Positions 1 through 12,058 of a DNA stretch of 64,000 nt are shown here, piece after piece; the first letter of the stretch is position 1; every line of letters starts with the position of its first letter. Source of the DNA: Naegleria gruberi. Its lineage: Eukaryota. The DNA is taken from the NCBI GenBank assembly GCA_000004985.1, contig GG738862.1. The stretch is one strand, 5' to 3'. The position numbers and the translations under genes were made by a program. The notes beneath the pieces were generated by a model, which was not told the origin of the DNA, searched no databases, and saw only the letters and a program-made list of their open reading frames with translations.

Positions 1-848
1 TTCGTAACTGTTGATAATGATATTTATGCTTGTGGTGATAATACTTATTCACAAATTACAACAAAAAAGAAGGAACTTTTCAAAAAGCCAGAAAAGATTA
101 AGATTGATGAATTGAAGGGAAAGAAAATTAAGGCAGTTTCATCTGGATGTAAGTTTTTTTTCTTTTTGAAATGGAATTATTGAACTATTAAGATCAACAC
201 ACTGTCTACTTGACAGAGGAAGGTCACATATTCTGTTTTGGTAATAATACTTTTGGTCAATTGAATATCACAATGGTTGGTATTAACAAGTCAGGTCAAG
301 GTCAATTAATTGACAGTATTTCTTGTGGAAGTTTCCACACTGTTGTCGCCACCGATAAGGGCGAAGTTTGGGCAGCTGGAAAGGTTTGTTTTTTTACTTT
401 CTTAATCAATTATTAACCTTTTTAACAGAATAGAAATGGAGAATTGGGAATTGAAAATGATGGAAGTAATGTTAAAGATGCCACCAAGATTCCATTAGGT
501 GATGCTTCTGCCAAGATTGATAATGTCAAGTGTGGGTAAGTATAAATGAAATTTATGTGATGATTAATTATTTCTCTATTTCAGTAATCACCACACTATT
601 ATGCGCTCAACTGATCAGAGAATTTTCATTTGTGGTAAAAACACTGGAGGTCAATTAGGATTAGGACATTTAGATAAGACACTGAAAGTTAATGAACCAA
701 AATTCGCATTCCCTATTCATAGAATGGCTGGTGGAGGATGTAAGTATTATCTTCAATATATATTCGAAACTAATATTTAAAAGATCACTCTATTTTCATT
801 TCTGAGGTATCGGATGATCTAGTTGAATCTAATGAAACTAATCAATAA
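1..848 (+). CDS. RCC1-repeat protein, 5'-truncated at the window edge. Exons 1-148, 193-383, 429-535, 585-739 and 784-848.
   Basis: Repeated RCC1 blade signatures appear in translation: 'YACGDNTYSQ', 'CYQHTVYLTEEGHIFCFGNNTFGQL', 'AGKNRNGELG', 'CGNHHTIMRSTDQRIFICGKNTGGQLGLG' and 'GGGYHS'. The introns are 44-49 nt with GTAAGT or GTTTGT donors and AG acceptors. These splice choices remove all in-frame stops and rebuild the conserved blades. Confidence 0.7.
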
Positions 849-1101
849 ATGTTTTTCTAAATAATTATTTCTTTATCTTCTTTCCCAATTATTTATTTAA
901 TGTTATTTGGATAAACATTTCCAAATCATCAACCACATCTAACGGAATGTAGAGTACTCAATCTCTAAAAATCCATATTTGTATTTATTTATCATTATCA
1001 ACAACAGTAAAACATCATGCTCATCCAATCAGCCCTTGTCTTTACAGCCTTTCTGCAAATCTCTTAACGGTTTTTTTTAAGATAAATTAAGGCGCGAAAA
1101 A

Positions 1102-2838
1102 ATGAGACAACATCCCTCTCAGACTCAAGCGATTAACGAATATTACGAGAATGATATGCTCATGGATGAAGATCAAAATCTCTCTGAAGATGAGCTTGAA
1201 CAACAAGATGTAGAAATACACGGAGAAAATATAATGTTTGAGGATCAAGCAGAAGATGTGGATGAACAATATATTTTGGACCATTATAATCCTCCACAAT
1301 CACCAATGAAAAGCCTCAATATTAGTAATAATTCGGGAAATGATGAAGGTACTGGATCCACAACAACTGATGATTTCGGAATCCCACATGTTTCTATCAA
1401 TTTACAAACAGCCTCTCCTTCGTCTTATAAGAAAAAACCAACTTTTGGTACTTCGGAAGGTTCTGTTAGTTCTACTAAGAATCCTTATTATTCCTCACCA
1501 AAGAAAGCCACAACAGTTAAAATTGGTACACCCCAACAACAACAACAGGATGATAAAAAGAGATCTATCCTAAAGGAAAACAATGAAGAGGAGGGATACC
1601 GTAATCCTCAAGTGATTCCCCAACCTTCAAATGTTCCAACCAAGAAGGCATCACCAAGAGTTAAGTTTGACAGTACTCAAACCTCAGTTATGGGAGTTGC
1701 AACAGCATCTTCCCAAGATATGATGTCCCATGAAGAATTCCAGAAACGTTTCATTGAGAGAGCTTCATCACCTCCTCCATTTTCTGTTATCACAGAGGAA
1801 AAGCTTGCCAAGTTAGATGATCTGGAAAAGTTGGTTTCAAATGTTGTTGAAAAGATTATCAGTGAGAAGACTGAAGAGATTAAGAACTTTTCTGAATATC
1901 TCAATACTGGAGTTTTACAAGTTATGGAAACACAATTCAACACGATGGCTAATGTAAGAAATTCTCCATCCTATACATTTGAAGAATCTCCTCAATTTAA
2001 GGAGCTTTTGGAAAAATTGGAGTTTTTGAATGCAGAAAATGAACATTTAAAGTTGCTTTTGGAAGAAAAAGAGCTTGAAGTTGATAGTCTTAGAGAAGAA
2101 GCAGAAACAATGAGACAAAGATACATAATGGATATTGATAAGTTGACTTCTGAAGTTGCAGAATCTAGGCTTCCAAGAAGAAGCCCTGAACCTGCTGATC
2201 ATGTTAAAAACAGAATAGAAAGACCTGAGGAAGAAGACGAAGAAGAACCAAGAAACTATGACAGCCCTAAGAGAAATTCTCCACCACCAAGTAGAACTCC
2301 TCCACCTACAAATGTTTCATCTAGAACTCCTGAACCAGCAATGAGAAGAAGTATTGACTTTAATTCAGCTGTAAGATCAGCTCTTCAAAGTATGTCAAAG
2401 GATCAAACCAACCCACTCTCCAAATCATTTGATTCCAAACAATTCCAAGCAGAATCTCAAGAACCACAAGATGGTGAATCATCTCCTGAACCAATGAGCG
2501 TTGACAGAACACAAAAAAAGACAAACAAAACGCTTGATTCAATCACTGAAAGAATGTTGAGATCTCTCAAAGGACCAGTTAAGGCTGAAGACAATGCTAA
2601 ACAAATCGATAAGATGGTTGGAGAAATTAGAGAACAATTCAAAGAAAGAGGTGTTATGTTACCTCTGAAGAAAGTTAAAGATTGTGTGTTTTCACTTGGG
2701 GACGGTAAAACAGCTAGGAAGGTGCATCTAAATATTATTAATGGTGTGTTGAAAGTTAAAATCGGAGGTGGATATGATGATTTTATGAAATTCCTTTCTC
2801 AGTCAGTTCGTTTACTGCAAGTTAAAAAGAAATTGTAA
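1102..2838 (+). CDS. hypothetical acidic, Ser/Pro-rich protein with a central coiled-coil
   Basis: A 578-aa ORF. It is D/E-rich at the N-terminus and has a heptad-like 'LEKLEFLNAENEHLKLLLEEKELEVDSLREEAE' segment. I recognise no domain. Confidence 0.55.
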   Translation: MRQHPSQTQAINEYYENDMLMDEDQNLSEDELEQQDVEIHGENIMFEDQAEDVDEQYILDHYNPPQSPMKSLNISNNSGNDEGTGSTTTDDFGIPHVSINLQTASPSSYKKKPTFGTSEGSVSSTKNPYYSSPKKATTVKIGTPQQQQQDDKKRSILKENNEEEGYRNPQVIPQPSNVPTKKASPRVKFDSTQTSVMGVATASSQDMMSHEEFQKRFIERASSPPPFSVITEEKLAKLDDLEKLVSNVVEKIISEKTEEIKNFSEYLNTGVLQVMETQFNTMANVRNSPSYTFEESPQFKELLEKLEFLNAENEHLKLLLEEKELEVDSLREEAETMRQRYIMDIDKLTSEVAESRLPRRSPEPADHVKNRIERPEEEDEEEPRNYDSPKRNSPPPSRTPPPTNVSSRTPEPAMRRSIDFNSAVRSALQSMSKDQTNPLSKSFDSKQFQAESQEPQDGESSPEPMSVDRTQKKTNKTLDSITERMLRSLKGPVKAEDNAKQIDKMVGEIREQFKERGVMLPLKKVKDCVFSLGDGKTARKVHLNIINGVLKVKIGGGYDDFMKFLSQSVRLLQVKKKL

Positions 2839-2879
2839 TTTTAATTGTAATAAAATACCAGCTAGGCAAATAATTATTT

Positions 2880-5195
2880 TTACATTTGATTCCAAAATCC
2901 AAACCAGTTAATTTTCATTAAGATTACAATAAATCCAATATCTAATAACAAGAAGAAGAGGTAAACAAGTGTAAATACCCATCCAGAAATAGTTCTAAAC
3001 TTGACTCTAATACACATAATGATTGGAATGAGAATAGCACAAAGGAAAGTCAGAATGATTGATACTAATGGAAGATATAACATTGCTGTCCATTGTTGCC
3101 AAATACCAAAGATTGTCAAAATATTAATTGCTTTGAGAGCTGTGAATAAGAACAATGCAAATATGTGGAAGATAAAGATTGACAGGATTATACTCCATTT
3201 CTTGGCTGCTGATTTCTTGACACCCATATCACTCTTCTTTTTCTTCTTCTTCTTGATGCTATTCTTTCTCTCCAATTGAACACGTGATGAGTATCTCTTC
3301 AGAGAAGATTCAATATTTTCATCAAGTTCTTCATCAGAGTCCTCATCACTGGATTGATAATTATTTCCACTCAACATTATGTGAGACAAATCTGCATTTG
3401 CCAAATTATTAAATCCATTCTTTGCACGATCTCTAACCTCAAAAACAAGGAAGAATAAATGAATGAATGGAGCAACGAATCCAAAAACAAATGGAGCACC
3501 AAATACGAGATAAATGATGAATGTACTGAGTCTATCATCAAATCTTTCATATCGTTGGGTATCATATGGACCAGTTAAATAAACAACATTCTCTCCTGAT
3601 TTGACACTGAAGGTCCAACTGTGATTTGATACATAATTGTCAAATGTTACCATTCCATTACTTAAATGTCCCATTCTAAATGAATCAAATCCAAACTCTT
3701 GAACAAAAATAAATTCATCTGAACCAATTGGAATAGTTCCAGTTGCAGAAGGTTGATTTGGATCAAAATTATACAATTTTGCTGTTAAATAATTACTGGA
3801 AGAGATTGGTGCATCAATACAAATCATTTCCTTCATGGTAAAGTATTTTCTGAAAGTTGAATGAGAAAATTCAGAATTAACATAACAACCAGCATAATTC
3901 TTCTTGAAACTATCAAAATATTCCTTCTTGTATAGTGGAACAATAGATGTCAAAGAGCTAGTCAATTGACATGTACCATTCGAAACAAGAACCAAATTGT
4001 CATAATCACTACATTTAGTGTTTGGCAAAATATTATATGAAAATTGTTGAATCATATCATCAGCTACTTCATAAGAACCGCCCAATCCACTAATACTCAA
4101 CACTAAATTCTCCTTTGGAAAGGTAATAATGGCAGTCAAATAATTACCAACTTTGGAAAATTGATAATAATAAACTTGATTATTATGGGTAGCGTAACTC
4201 AACAAGTTCATATCTTGAATTTCCTTCTCAGAGTACTTGCTCATAACATAGACACCTATCTTATTTAAATCAGCACATGTAGAAAACAAATTAGTGGTTA
4301 CTGGATAAATTGAATAATATTTAAAATTGGAATCTTCTGAGAGAATATCATTTTCCTTGGTTGCTTTTACAAAATTTGAGCTATCTCTAACATCTGAATT
4401 AAATAATGGATAACTTGATTGTAAATTGAATACTGTTTTAAATTGATTAGAGTAAATATAGTCCAATGATTGATTTTCACTCAACTTGTGAATTATATAA
4501 CCCATCAATGCCATTCCATCAACATCAATTCTATTTTTCAATTGATTGACTTGTCTAATACGTGGAGCCAAATGACTTTGAATATTTTGTTCAAATACTT
4601 GCATTAAACTAACACTTGACGAAGATTGTGGATTATTACTCAAGTACAAATCCAAATCATTTCTAAAATCAAATCCTGAATTTCCAATTAATAAATTTTG
4701 AAAAGTAACAAAGGCATTAGCAGGAATAATTGGCAACATTCTCGACCAACTCACATAATCACCAACAATATCTTGTGAAATTGAAATTTTAGATTGAACA
4801 GAATTTAAAATTTCATTAACTGTTAAAGTTTTCTTTTCATTTGGTACTAAATTTAATGCCACAAGTTTTGTAATAAGTTGACTAATGGTTGGACCTGACA
4901 TGTAAATTGACTGATCAACTGAAATTGGTGAATTTGGTTTATAACTATCATGGACATAGGATTTGGAAAATAGTACGCGATTATCTTGTAAATTTGAAGA
5001 ATTATAGGATGACAATTGTATGGCAATATTGGCCATTCCTAATTTTGATAATGATGAATAGTAATTATTAAAAAATGTTTCGACATTGTCACAGCTCACA
5101 CTTTGTAGAATTAATGACAAGATGATGAGTATGAATAGTTTAGAATAAATATGACCTTTCGGATAGAAAGATGAACCCATTCCTTGCTTGGTCAT
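2880..5195 (-). CDS. hypothetical secreted or membrane glycoprotein with an N-terminal signal peptide and a C-terminal multi-pass transmembrane region
   Basis: A 771-aa ORF. The hydrophobic N-terminus 'LFILIILSLILQSVSC' looks like a signal peptide. There are many NxS/T sequons. A KKKKKKK linker is followed by several C-terminal hydrophobic helices. Confidence 0.5.
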   Translation of the reverse strand: MTKQGMGSSFYPKGHIYSKLFILIILSLILQSVSCDNVETFFNNYYSSLSKLGMANIAIQLSSYNSSNLQDNRVLFSKSYVHDSYKPNSPISVDQSIYMSGPTISQLITKLVALNLVPNEKKTLTVNEILNSVQSKISISQDIVGDYVSWSRMLPIIPANAFVTFQNLLIGNSGFDFRNDLDLYLSNNPQSSSSVSLMQVFEQNIQSHLAPRIRQVNQLKNRIDVDGMALMGYIIHKLSENQSLDYIYSNQFKTVFNLQSSYPLFNSDVRDSSNFVKATKENDILSEDSNFKYYSIYPVTTNLFSTCADLNKIGVYVMSKYSEKEIQDMNLLSYATHNNQVYYYQFSKVGNYLTAIITFPKENLVLSISGLGGSYEVADDMIQQFSYNILPNTKCSDYDNLVLVSNGTCQLTSSLTSIVPLYKKEYFDSFKKNYAGCYVNSEFSHSTFRKYFTMKEMICIDAPISSSNYLTAKLYNFDPNQPSATGTIPIGSDEFIFVQEFGFDSFRMGHLSNGMVTFDNYVSNHSWTFSVKSGENVVYLTGPYDTQRYERFDDRLSTFIIYLVFGAPFVFGFVAPFIHLFFLVFEVRDRAKNGFNNLANADLSHIMLSGNNYQSSDEDSDEELDENIESSLKRYSSRVQLERKNSIKKKKKKKSDMGVKKSAAKKWSIILSIFIFHIFALFLFTALKAINILTIFGIWQQWTAMLYLPLVSIILTFLCAILIPIIMCIRVKFRTISGWVFTLVYLFFLLLDIGFIVILMKINWFGFWNQM

Positions 5196-5352
5196 CTTTC
5201 GAATATTTTTTTTAATAATTAATTTAATTATTATTTACATGTTACTCACCAAGTTTCTATTTTTCAATTAGAAACCATACAAATTGACTTTTTCAGCAAT
5301 AGATGGTTACAACAATCAACTCAGATTACAACAAAATTTAATACTAAACTCT

Positions 5353-7068
5353 TTAATGTAAAATTGTGAAAATCAATGTGAATGCAACAATCATAATCTT
5401 TGAGCAGAAAATTGAGAAAATTGTGTTAGCCATTGAAATTGAATTGTGTTTCAATACAGAAACAACGCCACCACTATTTCTAATAGAAGATGAAGCTTTG
5501 AAACCATAGGAACTGTAAGAAGGTGGGGCAGAACTCATCATACTGAAATAGGCAAATGTTGGTTGACCTAATGTTGAATTACTGTTAATTGTTATGGATT
5601 GTGAATCAATTGTGTAAGAATCCTTTGCAACCTTGATGTTGTAAGTACCAGGTGGTAATAATCTGAAAAACATTCCATTATCAAAAGTAGTAATATTCTT
5701 TGCAATACCTTCAACTGTTACATTAGCATTTGAAACTGGATTTCCTTTTGAATCTGTAACAATACCCACAATAGAATATCTCAAATATTCCATATAAGTT
5801 AAAAGAGATTCCTTATTTTGATTCCAGTAAGAATCCAATGTTGATTCACTTGGATATTTAGTATCACTGAGTTCAATGGTAATTTCGAAACAATTCTTCT
5901 TCCAATAATTGAAATCTTGCATACCACCGAAGAGAACATACCATTCAGCTCCATTAGTATAACCTCCTGGGAATTCAAGACTATTCTTCATTGTGGTATG
6001 AGCATTTGCATAACCTTTGGCAATTAACTTGAAGAAGGAATCATCAGGACTGAAACTTTCTACACTTTGTCCAGAACTTGCACCCTTGGCAGAATCGTAT
6101 GGATAACTGGCAACAGTTGCTCCTCCATGGAAATTTGCAGAGAGAACAAAATTTTCAGATTGAATCCATTTCATCATGGCTTGAGTTTCAACTTGGTAAG
6201 TTTCTGATTGAGTAGATGTCAAAAATTGGTCTGGGAAATCTCTATTCAAATCAACTCCATTTGCATTTTCTCTTTGACCGCGTTCAAATCCATCTGGATT
6301 CATAGATGGCATCAAGTAAACATCCATATAATCAATAATATTTCTAATTCTTGAATTTCCATTCATATATTCAGTTAATAAATATTCTGCAAAATATAAG
6401 ATCATTTCTCTTCCTACAGTTTCATCTCCATGCATATTGGCAATATATTTGAACTTTGGTTTTTGATATTTTGAATAATTTGGTGCTCCAACAGTTGTAT
6501 TGGAATAGATTTTCAAGACCCAAAGTTCTCTACTTTCAACTGATTGACCAACAGAAAAGAGAGATGTCATATTTGGATATTGTGATTTGAGTGAATTGAG
6601 TTTAGCTGTAAGGGCTACATAATTATGATAGGACAGTAAGTTACTAGTTTTCCTTATACTTCTCTCATTATTTCTTGAAGATTGTTTGTACAATTTTGAA
6701 ATGAAATAATTACTATCTGGTTCAACCATTTTCATTGCTTTGATAATTCCTTCCAAGACATCTACTTGCTTTTCATTGTGTAGTGATACAATCCAAGCTG
6801 AATTATTAGCTTCCGATTCCTCTCTAATATCAAATGAAGAATACAAAGATCGAAGTGGTTTTACATGCTTCTCTAGTGCACTTTTCAATTTGTCCACTGA
6901 TGAAAAGCCTCCAACTTTAACTTCAAAGGTGGATGATGTTGGTGATAAGGTCAATGCATTACTGCTCTCAGCAACGACGACTTGCATCATCATGAAGAAG
7001 GAACATAAAATCAACACCAGTGGTAACAACACTCCAAAAAGAATAGTTATATGTTGTGTTGTTTTCAT
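5353..7068 (-). CDS. M14 metallocarboxypeptidase of the carboxypeptidase D/E/N-like subfamily, with a C-terminal transthyretin-like domain
   Basis: M14B zinc-binding and catalytic motifs are present: 'HGDETVGRE', 'NPDGFE', 'NANGVDLNRDFPDQF' and 'ANFHGGATVASYPYD'. There is an N-terminal signal peptide. The tail 'IVGIVTDSKGNPVSNANVTVEG...PGTYNIKV' looks like the regulatory (transthyretin-like) domain. Confidence 0.85.
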   Translation of the reverse strand: MKTTQHITILFGVLLPLVLILCSFFMMMQVVVAESSNALTLSPTSSTFEVKVGGFSSVDKLKSALEKHVKPLRSLYSSFDIREESEANNSAWIVSLHNEKQVDVLEGIIKAMKMVEPDSNYFISKLYKQSSRNNERSIRKTSNLLSYHNYVALTAKLNSLKSQYPNMTSLFSVGQSVESRELWVLKIYSNTTVGAPNYSKYQKPKFKYIANMHGDETVGREMILYFAEYLLTEYMNGNSRIRNIIDYMDVYLMPSMNPDGFERGQRENANGVDLNRDFPDQFLTSTQSETYQVETQAMMKWIQSENFVLSANFHGGATVASYPYDSAKGASSGQSVESFSPDDSFFKLIAKGYANAHTTMKNSLEFPGGYTNGAEWYVLFGGMQDFNYWKKNCFEITIELSDTKYPSESTLDSYWNQNKESLLTYMEYLRYSIVGIVTDSKGNPVSNANVTVEGIAKNITTFDNGMFFRLLPPGTYNIKVAKDSYTIDSQSITINSNSTLGQPTFAYFSMMSSAPPSYSSYGFKASSSIRNSGGVVSVLKHNSISMANTIFSIFCSKIMIVAFTLIFTILH

Positions 7069-7259
7069 GATGTTTTTTTTTGGATTGGTAATGTTCGAGT
7101 TACGTTTCCAATGTTCGTTTCAGCCAATTAATTAAAGCGAAAGGATAACTTTCATCATAATAACAAAATTGATAATAAAATAACAAAGACATATTTGATA
7201 ATGATATTATACATGAAAATTGTTTTTAATTGTACACTTGCTATGTTGGAATAAATAAA

Positions 7260-7996
<737 letters not shown>

Positions 7997-8436
7997 TTAT
8001 GTGGTAAATATTTTTTTGATGAGGAAATTGTAAAAAGGTTTATTAATAGCTGTCTCTTCTTTTGTTCTCTCTTGTGTAAAGGCTTCTCACGAGTTCAACA
8101 CTGTGATGGCAGCAATGAAGAACTCTCGCTGTGTTGTAGTCAATTTCAAAGTTCATCCATCATAATAATATCAACAAGAGAGAAGGTACAATTGTGAATT
8201 GAATGTTATGGATGATGGTAAACTGGTTTGGATTACATTATCTGGTTATTATTACAATGTTTTAAACGAAAGTCTACAAATTATTGATTGCTAGTGTCAT
8301 TGGAAGGAGTACTCATGTCAAATGATGATGGCTCTTCCAATTTGTAAAGATTATCAAAAACTTCAAGAGTTTTGTATTGTTCTATCAATTCACTAATAAA
8401 TTAATTTCCTAAATGTGCAAATTCCTTCTCGAGTAC

Positions 8437-8775
8437 TTACGACTTTTCTTTAATTTTAATTAAATTTTCAGCATAAATTTTGGCTTGTTGTTCTTGTGTT
8501 TTATCAGCTCCTCCTAATGAATTGAGAAAATCCTCTGCATTCTTTAAAGAATCATATAAATCCTTGACAAGAAGTGTTACACTTTCTCCATTTTCACTTT
8601 TAGGTAATTCTTGTACAACACTCATCATCTTTGGAAGAAAATTAAATAATGGTTCAATTTGTTCAAATGTTAAATCATTTAATTGCATCATTAATAAATC
8701 CTGATTTGTAGCATCGAAATCCATCATTGCTTGTTCCGAAGTTGGATTAAATGTTTGATCTTGTTGTTCCGACAT
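8437..8775 (-). CDS. hypothetical small acidic protein
   Basis: A 112-aa ORF with plausible codon usage. I recognise no domain. Confidence 0.35.
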   Translation of the reverse strand: MSEQQDQTFNPTSEQAMMDFDATNQDLLMMQLNDLTFEQIEPLFNFLPKMMSVVQELPKSENGESVTLLVKDLYDSLKNAEDFLNSLGGADKTQEQQAKIYAENLIKIKEKS

Positions 8776-8859
8776 TTTTTTGAAATATAATTAAAAATTA
8801 TTAAATAAATATTAGAAATATAAGAGTTTTAAAAAGAAAATTAAGAGAAATAAATTAAT

Positions 8860-11064
8860 TTATAAGCCATCATTGTTTGTTACAGTTTCAGAAAGAGGGG
8901 ATGATTCTTTTGTTGAGGCATCCTGTTTAGGTTCAATTTCTTGTTCTTCCATTTCATCATCAAAATCTTCAAAAGGATCTTCTTCAGATTCTTCTTTCAT
9001 GTATTCTGTAACTGATTGTTGGTGTGTATTGTTGGCAGATGATGAAGAAAGAGGTACTCCACCAATCAATGCTAGGTAGGAGTCATCTGATCCCATTTGT
9101 CTACTTTCAATTGCATTTCTTTCCGTTAAAGAAGTTTCAACAAAATCTTTCCATCCTGAAATATCCTTTGTAAGAGAAGAGACAGCTTCATCTGAATTAG
9201 CTGTTGAAACAATAGTGTTAGAAATAACAGTTAAATGTCCCATATATCCCTTTCTCATCTTATTTTCAGCAATGGCTTGTTCATTAAGCTTACTTGCTTG
9301 TAAAATACGTTCAATAATTTGACAATCAACAAAGAGATTCTTCTTCAAGGCATGACTTTCACTTGCCAAAATGAAACTAATAATATTCAATAATAAATTA
9401 TGTAACATATTGTTGAATTCATATTGGAAGAATAAATTAATGACAACACCTAATACGTTACTAGAAATGAGAGCTTTTTCAACAAGCTCACATCTAATAT
9501 GATAAAGGCTTGAAAGGAATTCAACAACCTTTAATCTAGTTTCACCTAAAGGTGGTGATAAAGTACCAAATGTCAAAGTAAGAGATGGTTGAGTTGGTGG
9601 ATTTTCAAGCAACTTTACAAGTTGTGGTAATTTGGTGAGAATAACCTTAATGGCACTTGGTAATTGTTCATCAAAATCAGCGTCCATTAAATCAACACTA
9701 GTATCAATGAGTGTATGTAACAAGGCAATACCTTCATTTAAAACATCATTCTAATTTCATAAAATTTAAATTAAAATTATTAAATTAATCTAAACACTTA
9801 CATTTTCTAAAAGAGTATCCATCAATTTACACAAAACCGAGTCGGACAAAATTGAGGTAGCCAAAGGATTTAACTTTTGAATGTCTAGGTTATATTGAAG
9901 TGAACGTCTGATAATTTCACTTAAAATTTTGGTAACGTTAATATGACAATCGGATGAATGTTCAGGAGATAATTTTTCAATAAGTTTAAATGGAACACCA
10001 CTATCAGTCCACCATTGAACAGATTGTTTGATAATATTGGTAGCATCTGAATTGTCCTTAGCATCCATTAAACGGAGCTTGAGTTGTTGTTTTGCAGATC
10101 GATTAGTTTCAGCAGATATTATTAAATCATACAATTCACATGAAATCAACTTAAGTAAAAGTTCATCCATTCCAGGAACACCTATATGTTTACAAAAGTT
10201 CAATACCAAAGGTTCACCTTGTGACATTATAAACTTGTGTACTTCAATTGGTTTTCTTTGAACGAGGTAGGTAACAACTCTAATCCAATAATTGGTAAGT
10301 TGAGGATTAAGTGTTTCTTTTTCATGAGAAATAAAATCAAAAAGTGAAGTAAGTAATAACTTGTCTGAGGATATGGAGGTATAAATGGAATCAATATCAC
10401 AACACAAAATTTCAGCAGCAATTCTTGGATACTTGTAAATTCTCTTTTGTAACTTTTCTTCATTAATATGTACTTCATCATTTTGATCCGATTCTTCTGC
10501 AACCTTTTCATCCTCTTGTACAATCTTTGATTGATTCTTTAAATTTTGAAGTTGATCAAGAGGAATTTCAATTGTAATAAAGTCGATCATCTTCGTCAAG
10601 TTTTCACTCTTTCCTAAGAATTCTATCAATTTTCCATAGTGAGCCTTTGCTTCAGCAATGACATCATCCTCATCAAGTATTTGTTCTAATGTGCAATCGT
10701 CATTTTCTAAAAGCAACTCCACTGGTGATTTGTTATGAAATCCTAATTTAAAAAGCATGTTTGATTCTACTATTGACCAAAGAGAGGAAAATATCTTAGT
10801 TTTATATGTTGATAAAGCAGCTACTGTTGAGTTATCTTCCTTTCTTAAACTTTGAAGAGATTTGTTTTGGGAAGTGTCAAGACCGGAGGATGATTGAAAG
10901 GAAGTTCCAGAAGAATATGAGGATGAATTATTCTTTTGGTTCTTTTGTTTACTTTTTGTGTTGGTAGGCTTTCTTTCAATTGAACTTGTTGTTAATTTGA
11001 GAGAAGAGTTATTGTTGTTGTTGGTGTTGTTGATTTCTTCAGAAGAAGGATTTTGTTCGGACAA
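8860..11064 (-). CDS. SAPS-domain protein, a regulatory subunit of protein phosphatase 6 / SIT4-associating protein. Exons 9802-11064 and 8860-9750, with a 51-nt intron.
   Basis: The N-terminal region reads 'LLENDDCTLEQILDEDDVIAEAK...KYPRIAAEILCCDIDSIY...LVLNFCKHIGVPGMDELLLKLISCE'. It aligns to human PPP6R N-termini ('LLEREDLSLPELLDEEDVLQECK', 'KYPSVACEILTSDV'). The downstream exon continues the SAPS core ('ALHTLIDTSV...LGETRLKVVEFLSSLYH...VLGVVINLFFQYEFNNMLH'). The donor is GTAAGT just after 'LLEN' and the acceptor is TTAG, joined at phase 0. Confidence 0.8.
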
Positions 11065-12058
11065 CTTTACTCTTTGTTTTGGTTCGTAAGCTGGTTTGTG
11101 TTGGAGAAGAAGAAGCAGCTAATGTGTTCAACTTCTCTCGGTAGATGTTTTTTTTAGATATTAAACAATCTTGTTTTCTATACTATATGTTATAATACCT
11201 AATTATAATTTAGGAATTAATATATATAACTATTAAACAAGTGTTAGTTTTCAAATTGGTTCAAAATAACAATATTTAATACAATATTCCAAAAATCAAT
11301 ATTCTTTAGTAATATCCAAACCAAATCACAGTATTAGTATTCTGTTGCAAGATAATTTACGATGATGATTACCCTGCTGTATGAATGATGATAATGAATG
11401 GATGAACCAAAAGAAAGAGAATGGGCGGGTGAGAATATTTTTTGTAAATGATATTACTCATCAGTTTGTGTTGGCTGGAAAAATTTTACCTGGATTGAAA
11501 GGTTAAATGAACACTTCCCGCTCTTTCTCATCAAATACCTTTAAAGTCATCAATGTTTCTGCACCAGGAGTTGTACAACGACGAAGATAATTACTCGAAA
11601 GTAGATGCATTGGAATTTAATTTCTAATTTTCTTCTAATGGTGGTAATATCTTGGTAAAACAATGTAGAAGCGCATTTATTAAATTTAATATTTATTAAA
11701 TATTGATGACATGAGTGGGACAAAATAATTTTGACATAATTCAAAATTTTCTTCCTATTAAAAACAATTCAATGTATACTAATAACAAAATATTTAATTT
11801 AAACTGCTATTTAATTACTCTATTAGTGTGGAGTGGTATAATATTTTCTGCCACGTTGTATTACAAGTCGAAAAATTCACAATTATGGAAAAATAAAAAA
11901 TCGAAAAATTATTATTAAAAAATATAAATATTCTCTATTAAAAAATTAGAGCAATTGCTCCATCATATTCTTTAACCACCACTTTAAAGTTTGATCCAAC
12001 CAAGATTATTTACTTTTACTAAAATAGAATTTTCCAAATAGGTATCGATACTTGAATA